Assembly: GCA_004764695.1 (NCBI GenBank)
Contig: SMSO01000032.1
Span: 2,542,001 to 2,606,000 of the forward strand
Origin: Schizochytrium sp. TIO01
Taxonomy: Eukaryota > Protista > Bigyra: Labyrinthulomycetes
Direction: 5' to 3'
Length of the DNA stretch: 64,000 nucleotides
Position numbers and translations under genes: made by a program. A model generated the notes under the pieces. That model saw only the letters and a program-made list of their open reading frames with translations, made no database searches and was not told the DNA's origin. Shown piece after piece: positions 33,009 to 44,531 of this stretch (position 1 is the first letter of the stretch; each line of letters opens with the position of its first letter).

Positions 33009-33950
33009 CTTGACCCAAAGAAACTTCTTCTTCCGCTAACTGATCTGCGCCAGTGAAAGATGTGTTGCCTCTTCTCCTTTGCGGGCTCCCCAACAAAGCC
33101 CCGCAACGTCGTCTATGCAAGCAGACTCAAGAACTTACAGGCCGTTTCTGAAGATTGGGCTTTGGTTTCAAAGTAATCCTCTCTTCCTAAGCTCCGGACT
33201 TTGCTGGGACTTTCTATCTTCTCTTCGCACTCATTAGATAGGTACACTGGTAAGTAGGGTACTAGCAACATTGATGGATGAATAACCCTGCTCGATCCAG
33301 TCCGATCCTCGCGCCAAACCTTCCTCGCTTGAAATCCATTCTTCCCGCGAGTGTCATGCGCTTTCGAGAGTGAGCGTGATCATAGCGAGCCATAGAATAC
33401 TTACCAAGAGTGTGGTTTGAGACAAGACTTGAAAGCAAGTCTTGGGCCTCTACGTGCTAGTCTTCCTTCCTGTTCAAGGATAAAAATCTAGGATAATTAT
33501 TTTACATTAAAAGCAATTCCCTGTGTTCCCACCCTGACCTTTTGGGAGATCAACGGATCTATCTAAATTTGCTGGGGCGTCTTGAAGCGATGGACCCAGG
33601 GGTTTGGGCTATAGGACCCTGAACTGCAAGGACTTTAGAAAAGTAGGAAGGGTCAAAGCAAGGTTGGAAAGAGAATAAGTGGCATAGCCAAGGTTTAGGA
33701 GACCACAGTATCACAGCGCAGCAATCAAAACAATTTCGATTGAAAGGACCTATTTTATTTACCAAGGCCTACCTTAGTACGCTTCATAATCTGAATAAGA
33801 GACAAGGGACACTTCGTGAGTGACAAGTAAGACTTACTCGTTGGTGTCCCACGTAAGTTAAAGAACCTTCGCGCGCATCATAGAATAACTTTGCGTACTG
33901 TTGCCGAGCATGGCCATCGAAACGACTAGTTGACTTCATCGATCGCAATC

Positions 33951-33980
33951 GTAAAGGTGATTGTAAAGGTGATTGTAAAG
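33951..33980. repeat. 12-bp tandem repeat GTAAAGGTGATT (2.5 copies) just upstream of the SH3/IQ gene
   Basis: Sequence reads gtaaaggtgattgtaaaggtgattgtaaag. Confidence 0.85.
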
Positions 33981-34031
33981 CCCAATCGCTCTCTGAGCTA
34001 GAAAGTCATTTCAAAAACTTTCATACAAAGA

Positions 34032-36704
34032 ATGAGACAAGTTTTACCCCGAAGACGGCTGGAGCGAGCGAAGAGTATTGATTCATTCCCATATGACGTA
34101 AGTGGACTGATTCCAAGCACAGAGAAGAAATTTAAGGCAAAAGCAGATCGCGAGGCAGCTGATGCGGCACTTCGTCAGCAAGAAGCTGAGGAGTTTCGCC
34201 AAAGAGTGGAACGATACCTTGAGCCAAGAGCTGACGATCTCCCTCAACCAGCCTTAAGACCATGGCACATTGCAGATTCATCTGGACTGGAATCTCCAAC
34301 ACAACGAGCAGATGCTATACGATCGCAATTAAAAAAAGAGCAATCTCAAAGAGAATATGATAAAACATTGAGACGGCGTAAACTAGCAAACGGTATGCAA
34401 AAGCAAGACCTGACAAAGTCGTCCCCCATTTTACCTTCGATGCAACATGAAAAACCTCCTCCCTTGTCAAGTCAAACATCCAAGCGTAGCTGGAGTCGTC
34501 AACGTCTACAAAATGCTCGTGAAAGAGACATGAAGCTTCAATTTGGGAACCCAGGCCTTGCGTTTTCCCCCTCATCACGATCCTTGTCACCGTCCCCATC
34601 AAGATCTACGAGCGTGTCTTCATTTATGCAAGGCGGAAATTCGATAAGCACAACTGCCCGCGGTAAACCTCTTTTTGTACGTGCGATGCACCCAATTTCA
34701 AGCACAATAGAGGAGTTTGATCTCCTATTTGAACGTGGGGATATTATTCGTGTTATTCGGGAATCAGAAGATGGCTGGAATTACGGAGAGAATCTCGCGA
34801 CAGGTCAAAAGGGAAATTACCCTATCACGTTTGTGTCGCCTTGTGAATCTCCCCGAAAAGAAGCTGCACGGGAGGAAGCAGCTCTTCGTGCAGGGGAGAT
34901 TGCTGCCGTACTTGCTGAAGCCTTCGTAGAGCTGCCTCAAGATCAGAACTTTGATTCCAAGACAACTCAGAACATTCGCAGGGGCGGAAGCACATCCAAG
35001 GCTTCACTTGACACTGAAGAAGTAGTAGCTAATTGCCGAACCTCCAAAAGCCTTTCTCAGATACCACTGCATCAGAGCAGGCACCAATTCCATCAAAACA
35101 AACAAAGTATTCACCATGCTCCTGCTACTAATACTCAGCAAACGTGTGCAGCCCTAGGAGAGCAATACGAAGAGGAAGAATGCGCTGCAACCCGCCTTCA
35201 AGCCTTAAGGCGTGGAATCGTAGCACGGCGCCAGCTTAATGATCTACAAGATAAAGAACAGTCCCTACTTCGTCTTGAGAATGAAGCAAATGAATCAAAC
35301 ATCAATGGATCAGCTTTGAAAGTTCAAGCAATTTATCGAGGACACAAAGCTAGAAAAGACTACTATGTTGTGCAACAGATCAATGTCGAAGCTGCAACTA
35401 CAATACAAGCAACCTTTCGTGGTCAGCACGCCCGCAAAATGAACGCTTTGCATCAGAAGTCTTACACGGAAGCTCAAGCTGCAGCAAAACTTCAAGCAAT
35501 ACAGAGGGGAAGGATTGTCCGACAGAAAGTAAAATCTGGTCATAATGATAAGCAAATACATCGGCAAGGGAATGCTGATCGGTCTAAGGATGAGTCAAAA
35601 GCTCTAATCGCCTTACAGGCCCAGGTGCGTGGTCAATTAGCTCGTAAACATGCTCATGAGAGCTTCGAAGATAAACATGAAGCGCATGCAATCGCACATG
35701 ATTCCGGAAGAAACCACTTTGAGAATATTATTTTCACTGACCAAACTGAAAACAGCGCTCGAACTGAGGTTAATAGTTTCAGCAAAGTTGATGGTATTGA
35801 TACCACTGAGGCTGCAGTCCTGCTTCAAGCTAAGTTTCGGGGTCACTTGGCACGAAAAAAATATCCCGGGGTGCGCGAAGAAGAAAACAAAGCTGCAACA
35901 AAGTTGCAAGCAGTTTATCGTGGCCATTTGGCACGAAATAATGCTTTAAGTAATTGTGTAAGCGGTCTAGGTGAAGAAGCCACTAGGACCTGGGACTACT
36001 GGAACAGCCTCGAAGCTGCGAAATTACTACAAGCAAATATTCGTGGATATCTATCGCGTAAAAAGTATCATGAAGGTCCAAACGAAATGTTTTACGATAT
36101 TCCATTTGATGCGACAAGCTCGGAGGCTGCAACCTTACTGCAAGCTACTTTCCGAGGACAGTTAGCACGAAAACACCTTGCACAGAAACAACAGGAGGAG
36201 ATGCCGGACTCAACAAGGCATCATGCAGGGAGACGTGGGCAAGTCGCTCGAAACCAGCTCAAGTCAATGGGTGGATATTCTCAAGAGCTAACAAATCAAG
36301 AAGGAAACTACAACAAGTTTACACAGCAAATAGAACAACCTCCACATAGATCTATAGAAAGAAGACCTACAGAAGTGTGGTATGATGAAATACAAGAAGA
36401 CAAGGACGCTGAAGAGGCAGCTCTGGAGGCTGCTTGGGCATATGTGGAACAAGATACGGAGAGCAAAGAAGAATCCCAAAGACGGTCAGTTGTACGACGT
36501 CAAACGGAACTCTGGGATGATGATTTAGAAGATGAGCTTGAACTTCTCGATCCAACCGTCCTAAAAAGATTTCCTGCTACAGCGCTTAGCAGTCCCAGAT
36601 CCGCACACAGCTCGCGGAGCTCGAACAGTGATCTCATTTCAACAGTATCAAGTCTACCAGATATTCCTTATGTTGATTATTATGTACCTGATGAAGGCAA
36701 ATAA
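34032..36704 (+). CDS. SH3-domain protein with about nine IQ calmodulin-binding motifs, 890 aa
   Basis: SH3: VRAMHP...DLLFERGDIIRVIRESEDGWNYGENLATGQKGNYPITFV. Nine [ILV]QAxxRGxxxR motifs (e.g. LQAVYRGHLAR, LQATFRGQLARK) plus one degenerate copy. Confidence 0.88.
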   Translation: MRQVLPRRRLERAKSIDSFPYDVSGLIPSTEKKFKAKADREAADAALRQQEAEEFRQRVERYLEPRADDLPQPALRPWHIADSSGLESPTQRADAIRSQLKKEQSQREYDKTLRRRKLANGMQKQDLTKSSPILPSMQHEKPPPLSSQTSKRSWSRQRLQNARERDMKLQFGNPGLAFSPSSRSLSPSPSRSTSVSSFMQGGNSISTTARGKPLFVRAMHPISSTIEEFDLLFERGDIIRVIRESEDGWNYGENLATGQKGNYPITFVSPCESPRKEAAREEAALRAGEIAAVLAEAFVELPQDQNFDSKTTQNIRRGGSTSKASLDTEEVVANCRTSKSLSQIPLHQSRHQFHQNKQSIHHAPATNTQQTCAALGEQYEEEECAATRLQALRRGIVARRQLNDLQDKEQSLLRLENEANESNINGSALKVQAIYRGHKARKDYYVVQQINVEAATTIQATFRGQHARKMNALHQKSYTEAQAAAKLQAIQRGRIVRQKVKSGHNDKQIHRQGNADRSKDESKALIALQAQVRGQLARKHAHESFEDKHEAHAIAHDSGRNHFENIIFTDQTENSARTEVNSFSKVDGIDTTEAAVLLQAKFRGHLARKKYPGVREEENKAATKLQAVYRGHLARNNALSNCVSGLGEEATRTWDYWNSLEAAKLLQANIRGYLSRKKYHEGPNEMFYDIPFDATSSEAATLLQATFRGQLARKHLAQKQQEEMPDSTRHHAGRRGQVARNQLKSMGGYSQELTNQEGNYNKFTQQIEQPPHRSIERRPTEVWYDEIQEDKDAEEAALEAAWAYVEQDTESKEESQRRSVVRRQTELWDDDLEDELELLDPTVLKRFPATALSSPRSAHSSRSSNSDLISTVSSLPDIPYVDYYVPDEGK

Positions 36705-36935
36705 GCGTGATATTGTATGCGTTCTATACTTTTAGTAGTTTCGTTCAGGATACATTTGTATCCTGCAATCGCATTGAATAGAAACAAAATGAACAAAGTG
36801 GGCAAACCAGCCAAAAATGTCTGGTAAAGGCTCTTGGCTTGGCTACCATTTTAAAAAAGCTTTATAGTCAATCAGCCACCCAGTCTCCATCTTGAGACCC
36901 TTGTTTTATTTTGAGGTAGCAGGGGTCCACATGTC

Positions 36936-38213
36936 CTACTCTCGTGGGCTCTCTGCATCCATCACAGATGCATTTTCTGCATCATGAGACCCTGAGGTTT
37001 GGTCAACGTTTTTCTCTTCTTTGGCACATTCATTTTCGAGCCTTTCGTTTCGGGCTGTCTTAGACTCTTCCTCCTCAGCATGAGCATTGTCATCAGATTT
37101 AACAATATCCTTATTTTCTACTGGTTTTGTTGCCTCACTGTCTGTTCCTTCGAGAGGTTTCGCTGCCTTGTGCCCAGCAAGTGCAGTAGCAAATGCGTTC
37201 GCAGCGCCACCGTCCCCGCTTAGGAGCTTGCCAAACTGCGTCACAGCCTTGACCCGCAATACGGCGCGTTTGAACTTGCGTTTTTGTACTTCGGCAATAC
37301 CCTCCAAAACATGTTTGCCGAATGCAACATTACTCTGTGCATCTGGGTTAGCAACCCATGGCTCCTGGAGCACCTGCTTAGCACTCAGACGTTTGTCTTG
37401 ATCGAGGACAAGAAGCTTGCGTACAACTGATTTTGCAGCATCCGAGACTTCATCCCAGTAAGGAGAGTCAAATGCGTATTTCCCATCCTTGATGGCACGA
37501 AACAACTCTTGCTGATCCTCCGAGTAAAAGGGCGGGTAACCGCACAACATGATGTACAAAATGACACCAAGGGCCCAGGTGTCAACCTTACAACCATACT
37601 TGACACCGGAGAGAATCTCGGGGGCAACATATCCCGGAGTACCACATGGATCAGACAAAGGTTTGTCTGTGTTGAATTTAGAAATATCTTTAGCGAGACC
37701 AAAATCAGTCAGCTTAATGTTTGCATCTGTGTCATTTGATTCGTAAATTAGATTTTCAGGTTTTACGTCACGATGGACAATGCCCTGCTCCTCAAGGTAG
37801 GCTAGAGCTCGTGCTACTTGACGTACTGCATGAGCAGCTTCCTTTTCGTTATAGTAGTTTTTGGCTACAATCTGATCAAAAACCTCTCCACCTCGTACGA
37901 GCTCCAACACAAGGTAGAAATAGTTTTCCTCATCGAAAAATTCCAGCAAGCGAACGCAATTTTCATGGTTCAGTTTTTGCATAATGGTAACCTCCTCTTT
38001 AAGTAATGGAATTTCATCGTCTGGAATTTTCGATTTGTCGATCGCCTTGATAGCGACAACAGAGGGGATAGGAAAACCAGACTCCGTCTGGCGCCCCTCT
38101 TCAATGAGGTCTGCTTCATACACAGTAGCAAATGAACCCTGACCAATTGAACCTTTTAGGCGATAGAAATTTTGCATACTTTGCTTTTTCGCTTTGCTTG
38201 CACCACCACCCAT
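36936..38213 (-). CDS. CaMK1-like Ser/Thr protein kinase with a predicted N-myristoylation site, 425 aa
   Basis: GQGSFATV, VAIK, HRDVKPEN, DFG, CGTPGYVAPE and DTWALGVILYIMLCGYPPF kinase motifs. Basic CaM-binding-like helix KRKFKRAVLRV after the catalytic domain. N-terminus MGGGASK. Confidence 0.93.
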   Translation of the reverse strand: MGGGASKAKKQSMQNFYRLKGSIGQGSFATVYEADLIEEGRQTESGFPIPSVVAIKAIDKSKIPDDEIPLLKEEVTIMQKLNHENCVRLLEFFDEENYFYLVLELVRGGEVFDQIVAKNYYNEKEAAHAVRQVARALAYLEEQGIVHRDVKPENLIYESNDTDANIKLTDFGLAKDISKFNTDKPLSDPCGTPGYVAPEILSGVKYGCKVDTWALGVILYIMLCGYPPFYSEDQQELFRAIKDGKYAFDSPYWDEVSDAAKSVVRKLLVLDQDKRLSAKQVLQEPWVANPDAQSNVAFGKHVLEGIAEVQKRKFKRAVLRVKAVTQFGKLLSGDGGAANAFATALAGHKAAKPLEGTDSEATKPVENKDIVKSDDNAHAEEEESKTARNERLENECAKEEKNVDQTSGSHDAENASVMDAESPRE

Positions 38214-41200
38214 GGTTGCAAAATTTTGAGATAGTAGCCGAGAAAGTCACTTGCTCCAAGAATAGGTTATGCGCTAGGGAGCGCGGTTGTCCACAGCTCG
38301 ATGAACTTGTGCGTAGTTCAACTACTTTTGCTCAAATAGCGCTCAAACCTCTGTATATGCAAAACAAAAGTTCTAGGCTTAGTTTCCCAGCTTTGCTAGA
38401 ACTCAGCGCGACGAAGTCGTGTAGGACAGGGTACCTCAGCGAACGAAATCAAACCAGATCACAGTAGCTCGATTGTAGTTGTGTTGTTCAGGTCCGTCGC
38501 TGTTTGCAGTTGTCTTCCTTGCCTCTGCTCCGATGCTGGTGCAACTAAAAGCTCAAAGTACTCAGACGATAAGCCTTGGGTTTATTCAAGCAATGGTGTC
38601 AGCAAAATGGATTCACAGGGGAGCACTTCAAGTAAACATGCATTATATATTTTTCTCACTTTGCCTCTTCTTATCTCATAGTCCTATGCTAGTACAAGCT
38701 GTGCAAAAAGAATTGAGTATCAATTACGGCATGCATTGGCAAAAACGACTTTATATATTTTTATTTCTTTTCCTCTCTTTGCAAAGAGTAAAAATGTATT
38801 AGTATAGTCAGTCAACCCTCTTTCAGTGTTAATTTGTGTGTACGCACGTTCATTGTACGGAACATAAAGTTCTCGTGGATAGATTTCTCTTTGTGTTTAT
38901 TTCACTTGATGTTACAATAAGTGCCGGAGGGAGGTCAAGGTCCGCGCCAGGAAGAGAGCCAAACGCATGTGCTCACAGATCTCACAATTCGACCTCTAAG
39001 CTTATACCAATTATCGTAACGGATAGATGCGTTCTCGGTACAATTTGTAGAGCTGGCTGGGTACACATGAATATGTCGATCACAACTAGCCTCAAAGAGT
39101 AAGCAAACCAGAGAGAACCAAAACGAGACTTGAGAGTTTGCCCGAAATTCGACCACACGGGCCCGCATGAGAGATGTGATGCTGATACCATAAATAGATT
39201 GAACCTCTCTCAGCAAAGTCACTACGTATTAGGAAGTACTTACCACGACCAGATAGCTGTCCATACCCATTTGGTATAGGCTACTTCTTTTGCCTCAAAG
39301 ACCCCATAAGGCCCGGCAGATAGAGCGTCTCACAGAATGAGTTTGATGTTGGCCTTTTAACGTGGCGGCTGTAAGCGAATTGTCTCTAAGCTGCCCGGCC
39401 TCTTCCATCTTTTTCAATCTGCCTCTTGAAGCGACTTTTACCACCACCAAAGTTATCGTTAAACCTTGCTCATGTCGCGCTTGCATCTACCGAGAACGTA
39501 CTGCTATCCAAGTCCAGTGCCTTAGTAATAACTTACAACTCTCCAACGCCATGCCGTGAGCCATCTCAATCACCGGGTGTGTTTTACTATTGGTGAATGC
39601 ATGGAATTCCTACGGCCGACTATTTGGTTGATGAAGCATTCATGAAGGCAATATAACACACAACGGAGTAAACCAAAGAGAAGCCATTGGGGGTTATCCT
39701 TGGTCAAGGCAATGCAAAATGCACTTGTTGAAAAGCTTTGTCTCTAGAAAGAACAAGGACAGGACACAAAGGAAGAAAGTGTTTCTCATATGTAGTACGT
39801 ACCTGATCCATTTATAACTAAAAAGAAAGAAAGTTTTTTAGTTTCTTTTGTAAACTCCGACTCACTTGCTTCTTCTTAATAAAATATTTCTTTTAAAAAG
39901 AAAAATAGTTTTCAATTAAAAAAAGAAATAAAATGTTCAAATTGCTCAACGTGACTTGCTTCGGTTTGGGTTTTGCTTTTGATATTTGGGGGTGCACGTA
40001 TCGGCTTGGCCTCCTAAACACTACCGATGATCAGATTGTTTTGTGCAGCTTTTTCATTTCTGCTGAGGCTTTCGGCCTCACTATGCGGGTCTAAAGTCTC
40101 AGCGATGATAATCTCGCGCGTATATTAATTTTTTTTGGCAACCTCAGGTACAAGGTGCGGTTCACTTGCATGCAATGGCCCTCTATGGCTTATGCTGGAG
40201 TGCCAGATACTAGTTGCAAGTAAAGGTCTCAGCGAACATCAATAGAACAATACACATGGAATTTCTTGCAAGTCTATCTTGGTATCGGCGTATAGCTTGC
40301 AATATTTAGATATGAAACGCAGAAACTAGAACCCCCCCCCCCGGTGATGCAGATATTCAGTAACCTTAAATACAGTGTGAAGATTGCATATTTAAGGAGT
40401 TTGGACACACATGTACTTTCTGGTGGCACTGTAAGTAAAGCGTACCAACAAAGCCCTGCGAGAATCAAGGGACTCATTCCCCGTCGACCTGTAGGCCAAC
40501 CAAGTCTTTGTATGTTTCAAGAACGAATCAATAAGAGCCATATGACCAAATTATCAAATTGAAGTGAAAGTAAGTTTACATCCGTCCCTCCGAAGCTCTT
40601 AGACCGATACTCTTTCTATGGCGGACAGGAGATGCCACAGACCTAAACATCTTGGTCATTCATTCTCTGGCGAGTATATTTGTTTTGCTCTGTTTATTTG
40701 TTGTTGTGTATAAGCAGGTAGTACATAGCTAGCTCGGTATTAGTAATAGTTACTCTTTCAAGTTTGTTTTTTGCAAAACTGGAGTTCCGTGCACGATATT
40801 GCTGCAAGCCTTCTTATCTTCTCTTGCAGAACAGAGTAAGAAGATATTTAGTCACCTTAAACCAAATTCAACTATAGTTGAGAGGTTACATGATAGTTAA
40901 GGTGCATATTTGAGAATTTTTTTCTCTCTTTGTCAATCTTCGACTTCATTCGCCGATCCATCGAGGCGCGCTGAGGACAGCGTCGCGCTGAGATTCTGCG
41001 TGGCAGACGGACGCGGCTCATCGCCGCGGCTCACCAGAGTTGTAGCTGGTGATACGACCATAGGCTCTGGTGCCCACCTTCTTCGTTTCTACCGCGTTGC
41101 AAGAGTCTAGAGAAGGCCCCCAGGAGCCCTCAATCCGTGGGAGGAAACACGTTCTTTATTTTGTCGCGTCACTCCCTTCTGATCCGTCGCAGCGTTGCTT

Positions 41201-41593
41201 TTGACGCTCCTCAACACACGAACACGTGCAAGGCGTACCGGAGCCGCGTGGGCCTTTGAATAACTGTTCTGTGCGGATATAACGCTTGAAGGACCTGACC
41301 TAATACAAAGGAACGCTTCGTCACTTGCTCATCCTGTGGGCTTGCTGTCTTGAAAAGGACGGTCCTCTCTGCGAATCGATTGTAATTGATTCTTTGGATT
41401 GCGGGTGTTCAAGTGCGCGTATATGCTTACGAATCGGCGTCTGAAGGCGGTAGACGCTTAAGAAGCTGAGACGCTCTCAAAGTCAGGTTTGTGAGAACAT
41501 TTGCAGAAAAGTTGGGAGTTGTGGAGGTTGGCAAATAGGTCAGGTAAACTCGCACAATTGGTCATTGAGGTTAACATAAAGAACATTCATAAA

Positions 41594-43807
41594 ATGATGG
41601 TAGATCTTGACATTGATGATGGCCGACCAAGACTTAAGTCCTGGGCAGGCTGGGAACTGGTGAACTTTGAATTAGCTTGTGATTGGTCTGAGCATGTGCT
41701 CATTGAGGGGGAGGACTCGGAAGTAGCATGGGTGAAAGATGACACATCACTGGAAATGCCGATGCCTCCATACGACTCTCCGGGCCTCCCTCGAGAGCAG
41801 GCACGCGCTCTCATTTATAAGTTCGTAAATGACGATCACTCCAGAGCAAGGGTCTCTGTTGCTGTGCCAAAACCTGCTGCAGTGAAGAGAGACAGCTCTG
41901 ATCGTAGCCGGACAGTAGAGCTCCACCTCGAAGAAGCGGTAGAGCTTCCCATGAGCAACGTTGGCATGCGCGTGACTGCCACGAGGGATGAAGTTTCCCT
42001 AGAACACGCCAAAAAGCGGGGCAACCACCGACTCATGTTTAGAACCCTCATGCAAGAACCTTCAAACTCGCTTCTCATTCCAAACAGCAGCTTTGCTGAA
42101 AATGAGGCAAATGAGGATGACGCAGCCTTAGTTGATCGCGACATGGCCATCAATATTATAAAAACCTTTGGTGATCCTCAGCTTGTCCATTTTGGTCCAG
42201 ATGTTGTGATGATCACCTTTTATGATCGAAGGGAAACTGAATCGATGATGTCAAAGCTTTTCGCTGGAGATGATACCAATGTAGAAAAGGCAATTTTCTG
42301 CGTCCCTGGAATCTTGTGGAAAGGTCCAGATGGGGTTTTCTATCGACAAGATAGTCTATTGATTCGAAGCGATGATGGAACAGATACTTCACTGGACCAA
42401 GCAAATGTGTTGTCAATTCTTCGTGTCCGTCTTGAAGCTGTAGCATCTTTCAATAAAGTCAAAGATGGCGAGGTTCTAGTCGAATTCTACAAGGTGGGAG
42501 ATTGCCGAGGCGCCTTGGATCACGCAGTTGGCTCTGCATCTACCCGTCACCAGTTTGGAATTAGCCTTGTACCTGCGCCGGAGGCCTTAAAACGAAAGCA
42601 TGCATCCTTGTATAACTTTATCGCATGCGACTATAGCGTAGGCCTTAAACAAATCAACTACCTAGGTGTTGCTCCTGGGTCAGATGACGCTCGCAGCTCA
42701 CGCTCACGCTCGCCTGCCCCCCAGACAATGCACTATGCATCAGCAGTTACAGGAAGCAGTCGAGCAGGCAGACTGCCCCGTAGTTCTTCAGCAGGTTCGT
42801 CAGTGGGGAGCTTGGAGAATTCTTCTGTGACTGATGCAAATAGTATTGGTAGCGGCCATACGAAGACAAGGAATTCTTCTCAGCAAAAGCTAGCTCGCTC
42901 TGTGCGTGCCTCGGTTCCTGAACCTCCGCGAAGTGTTGATTCCAGCGACGCTAACAGTCGAAGGATGCGCAATGTTCCTCCAATTCACCGCGTTCCGGCG
43001 TCACGCGGACGTGATAACGTGGATTATCACATCAATGTTCCTCTTGTCCTCAGTGGCGGGGACCCACGTACCTCGGTGATGATAAAAAACATTCCCAACA
43101 AATACACCCAAAAAATGGTTTTAGATGAGCTTGATGAGAGCGGTTGTCAAGGAACCTACGACTTTTTCTACTTACCAATTGATTTTCAAGCGGGGTGTAA
43201 TCTAGGATACGCTTTTATTGATTTTCATGACCCGCATACTATAGCACAGTTTTTTAATACCTTTGATCAACGCAAATGGAATAAATTCAACAGTGACAAA
43301 ATTTGTGAAGTCAAGTACGCTCGTATTCAAGGCTGCGAATCGCTACTCCGGCGCTTTGAAAATTCATGTGTTATGGAGCAAGACAAAGAGTATCAGCCTG
43401 TCATGTTTAATCGTGATGGAACTATGATTGAGGACCTTACCACAACTGCGGCATACTCGAAGTCCCGCTCACGGCCTCAAAAAGGAAGAAGACAGCGCGG
43501 TACTGGAGCTGGTGTAAATGGAACCTCAACTCGCTCAACTGGGGGTCAAAGAGCGAATTCTCCATCTGGGCCACCATCCTCTGCATCTTCGCCGACTTCA
43601 AGTCAGTTTCCCACCACTCATATGATGCCATCTACTAGCCAACAAGATTTGTCTCAGTCTACTGTATCACCAAATGTAGAAATGAGTTCTGATGTGCAAC
43701 AGCAGCACCAACAAGCCTTCTATGCAAACGGTTCCTACGACTTCTCACAGCAACAACAATCATCCTCACAGCAGACAAATTTTTGGTCTGCTTCTGGTAA
43801 CCAGTAA
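41594..43807 (+). CDS. Mei2-like RNA-binding protein with a C-terminal RRM_2 domain
   Basis: PRTSVMIKNIPNKYTQ..YDFFYLPIDF..CNLGYAFIDF..KWNKFNSDKICEVKYARIQG is the Mei2/TE1 RRM3 signature. First ATG is at 41594; the ORF track opens at a TTG at 41501. Confidence 0.9.
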   Translation: MMVDLDIDDGRPRLKSWAGWELVNFELACDWSEHVLIEGEDSEVAWVKDDTSLEMPMPPYDSPGLPREQARALIYKFVNDDHSRARVSVAVPKPAAVKRDSSDRSRTVELHLEEAVELPMSNVGMRVTATRDEVSLEHAKKRGNHRLMFRTLMQEPSNSLLIPNSSFAENEANEDDAALVDRDMAINIIKTFGDPQLVHFGPDVVMITFYDRRETESMMSKLFAGDDTNVEKAIFCVPGILWKGPDGVFYRQDSLLIRSDDGTDTSLDQANVLSILRVRLEAVASFNKVKDGEVLVEFYKVGDCRGALDHAVGSASTRHQFGISLVPAPEALKRKHASLYNFIACDYSVGLKQINYLGVAPGSDDARSSRSRSPAPQTMHYASAVTGSSRAGRLPRSSSAGSSVGSLENSSVTDANSIGSGHTKTRNSSQQKLARSVRASVPEPPRSVDSSDANSRRMRNVPPIHRVPASRGRDNVDYHINVPLVLSGGDPRTSVMIKNIPNKYTQKMVLDELDESGCQGTYDFFYLPIDFQAGCNLGYAFIDFHDPHTIAQFFNTFDQRKWNKFNSDKICEVKYARIQGCESLLRRFENSCVMEQDKEYQPVMFNRDGTMIEDLTTTAAYSKSRSRPQKGRRQRGTGAGVNGTSTRSTGGQRANSPSGPPSSASSPTSSQFPTTHMMPSTSQQDLSQSTVSPNVEMSSDVQQQHQQAFYANGSYDFSQQQQSSSQQTNFWSASGNQ

Positions 43808-44521
43808 TAAGTAGCATAACTGATTATGGATTTAAAGATGTGATTTTATTTGTGTGAACTTTCTACAGCTCATTTAATCCAGTAAATAGTCTCTTCTATA
43901 TTCCCTTTTCGGGTGGGGTCTCTTAATTTCTATTCAGATCTGGCTGGCTTGAGTCAATGCGAACAAGGTTTTCAGAATTATTGCTGGTCTCGGTGCAGAC
44001 TATACTTTTGTTTAAAGTAAGATGAAGCTGTTTAGGGCGACCAGCTGCAATAGTAAATACAATTCACATTTGTTCTAGTCCTGTAGACTCATGACATCGC
44101 AAAAGTGTACTTTTGATTTTCACTATGACTCAAGGAGGAGATACAGGAAAAGCGTCAGTTGTATGTTTAAAGTCAAATTAAAAAAAGAAAAGAAACTTAA
44201 GGTAGAGGAGCAGCTCTGATCAAGGGTGAAAAGTACTTCAGATATGCACCTGAAGTTGAACTGATCTATTGCAAAATCCTCCACTATGCCCAACAACTTG
44301 TGTTCTTTTATTTATTTTTATGGTACCGCTACGCTGGTATACAAGGTGATGAAAAACAGGCGCGTTTGGCTAGGTCAACGTAATAACTCAATACTGTGGT
44401 AGTTAACAGATTACTTCTATTATTCGTACACATAGTATTCTTTTTTGATTTAAAAAAAAACAAAAAAAAAACAAAGAATGTCTGTATAAATAAATTTATT
44501 TTTAAAAAATATTTAAAAAGG

Positions 44522-44529
44522 AAAAAAAA
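44522..44529 (-). terminator. RNA polymerase III terminator (T8) of tRNA-Gly
   Basis: Eight T residues on the minus strand begin 3 nt after the discriminator base. Confidence 0.8.
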
Positions 44530-44531
44530 GA

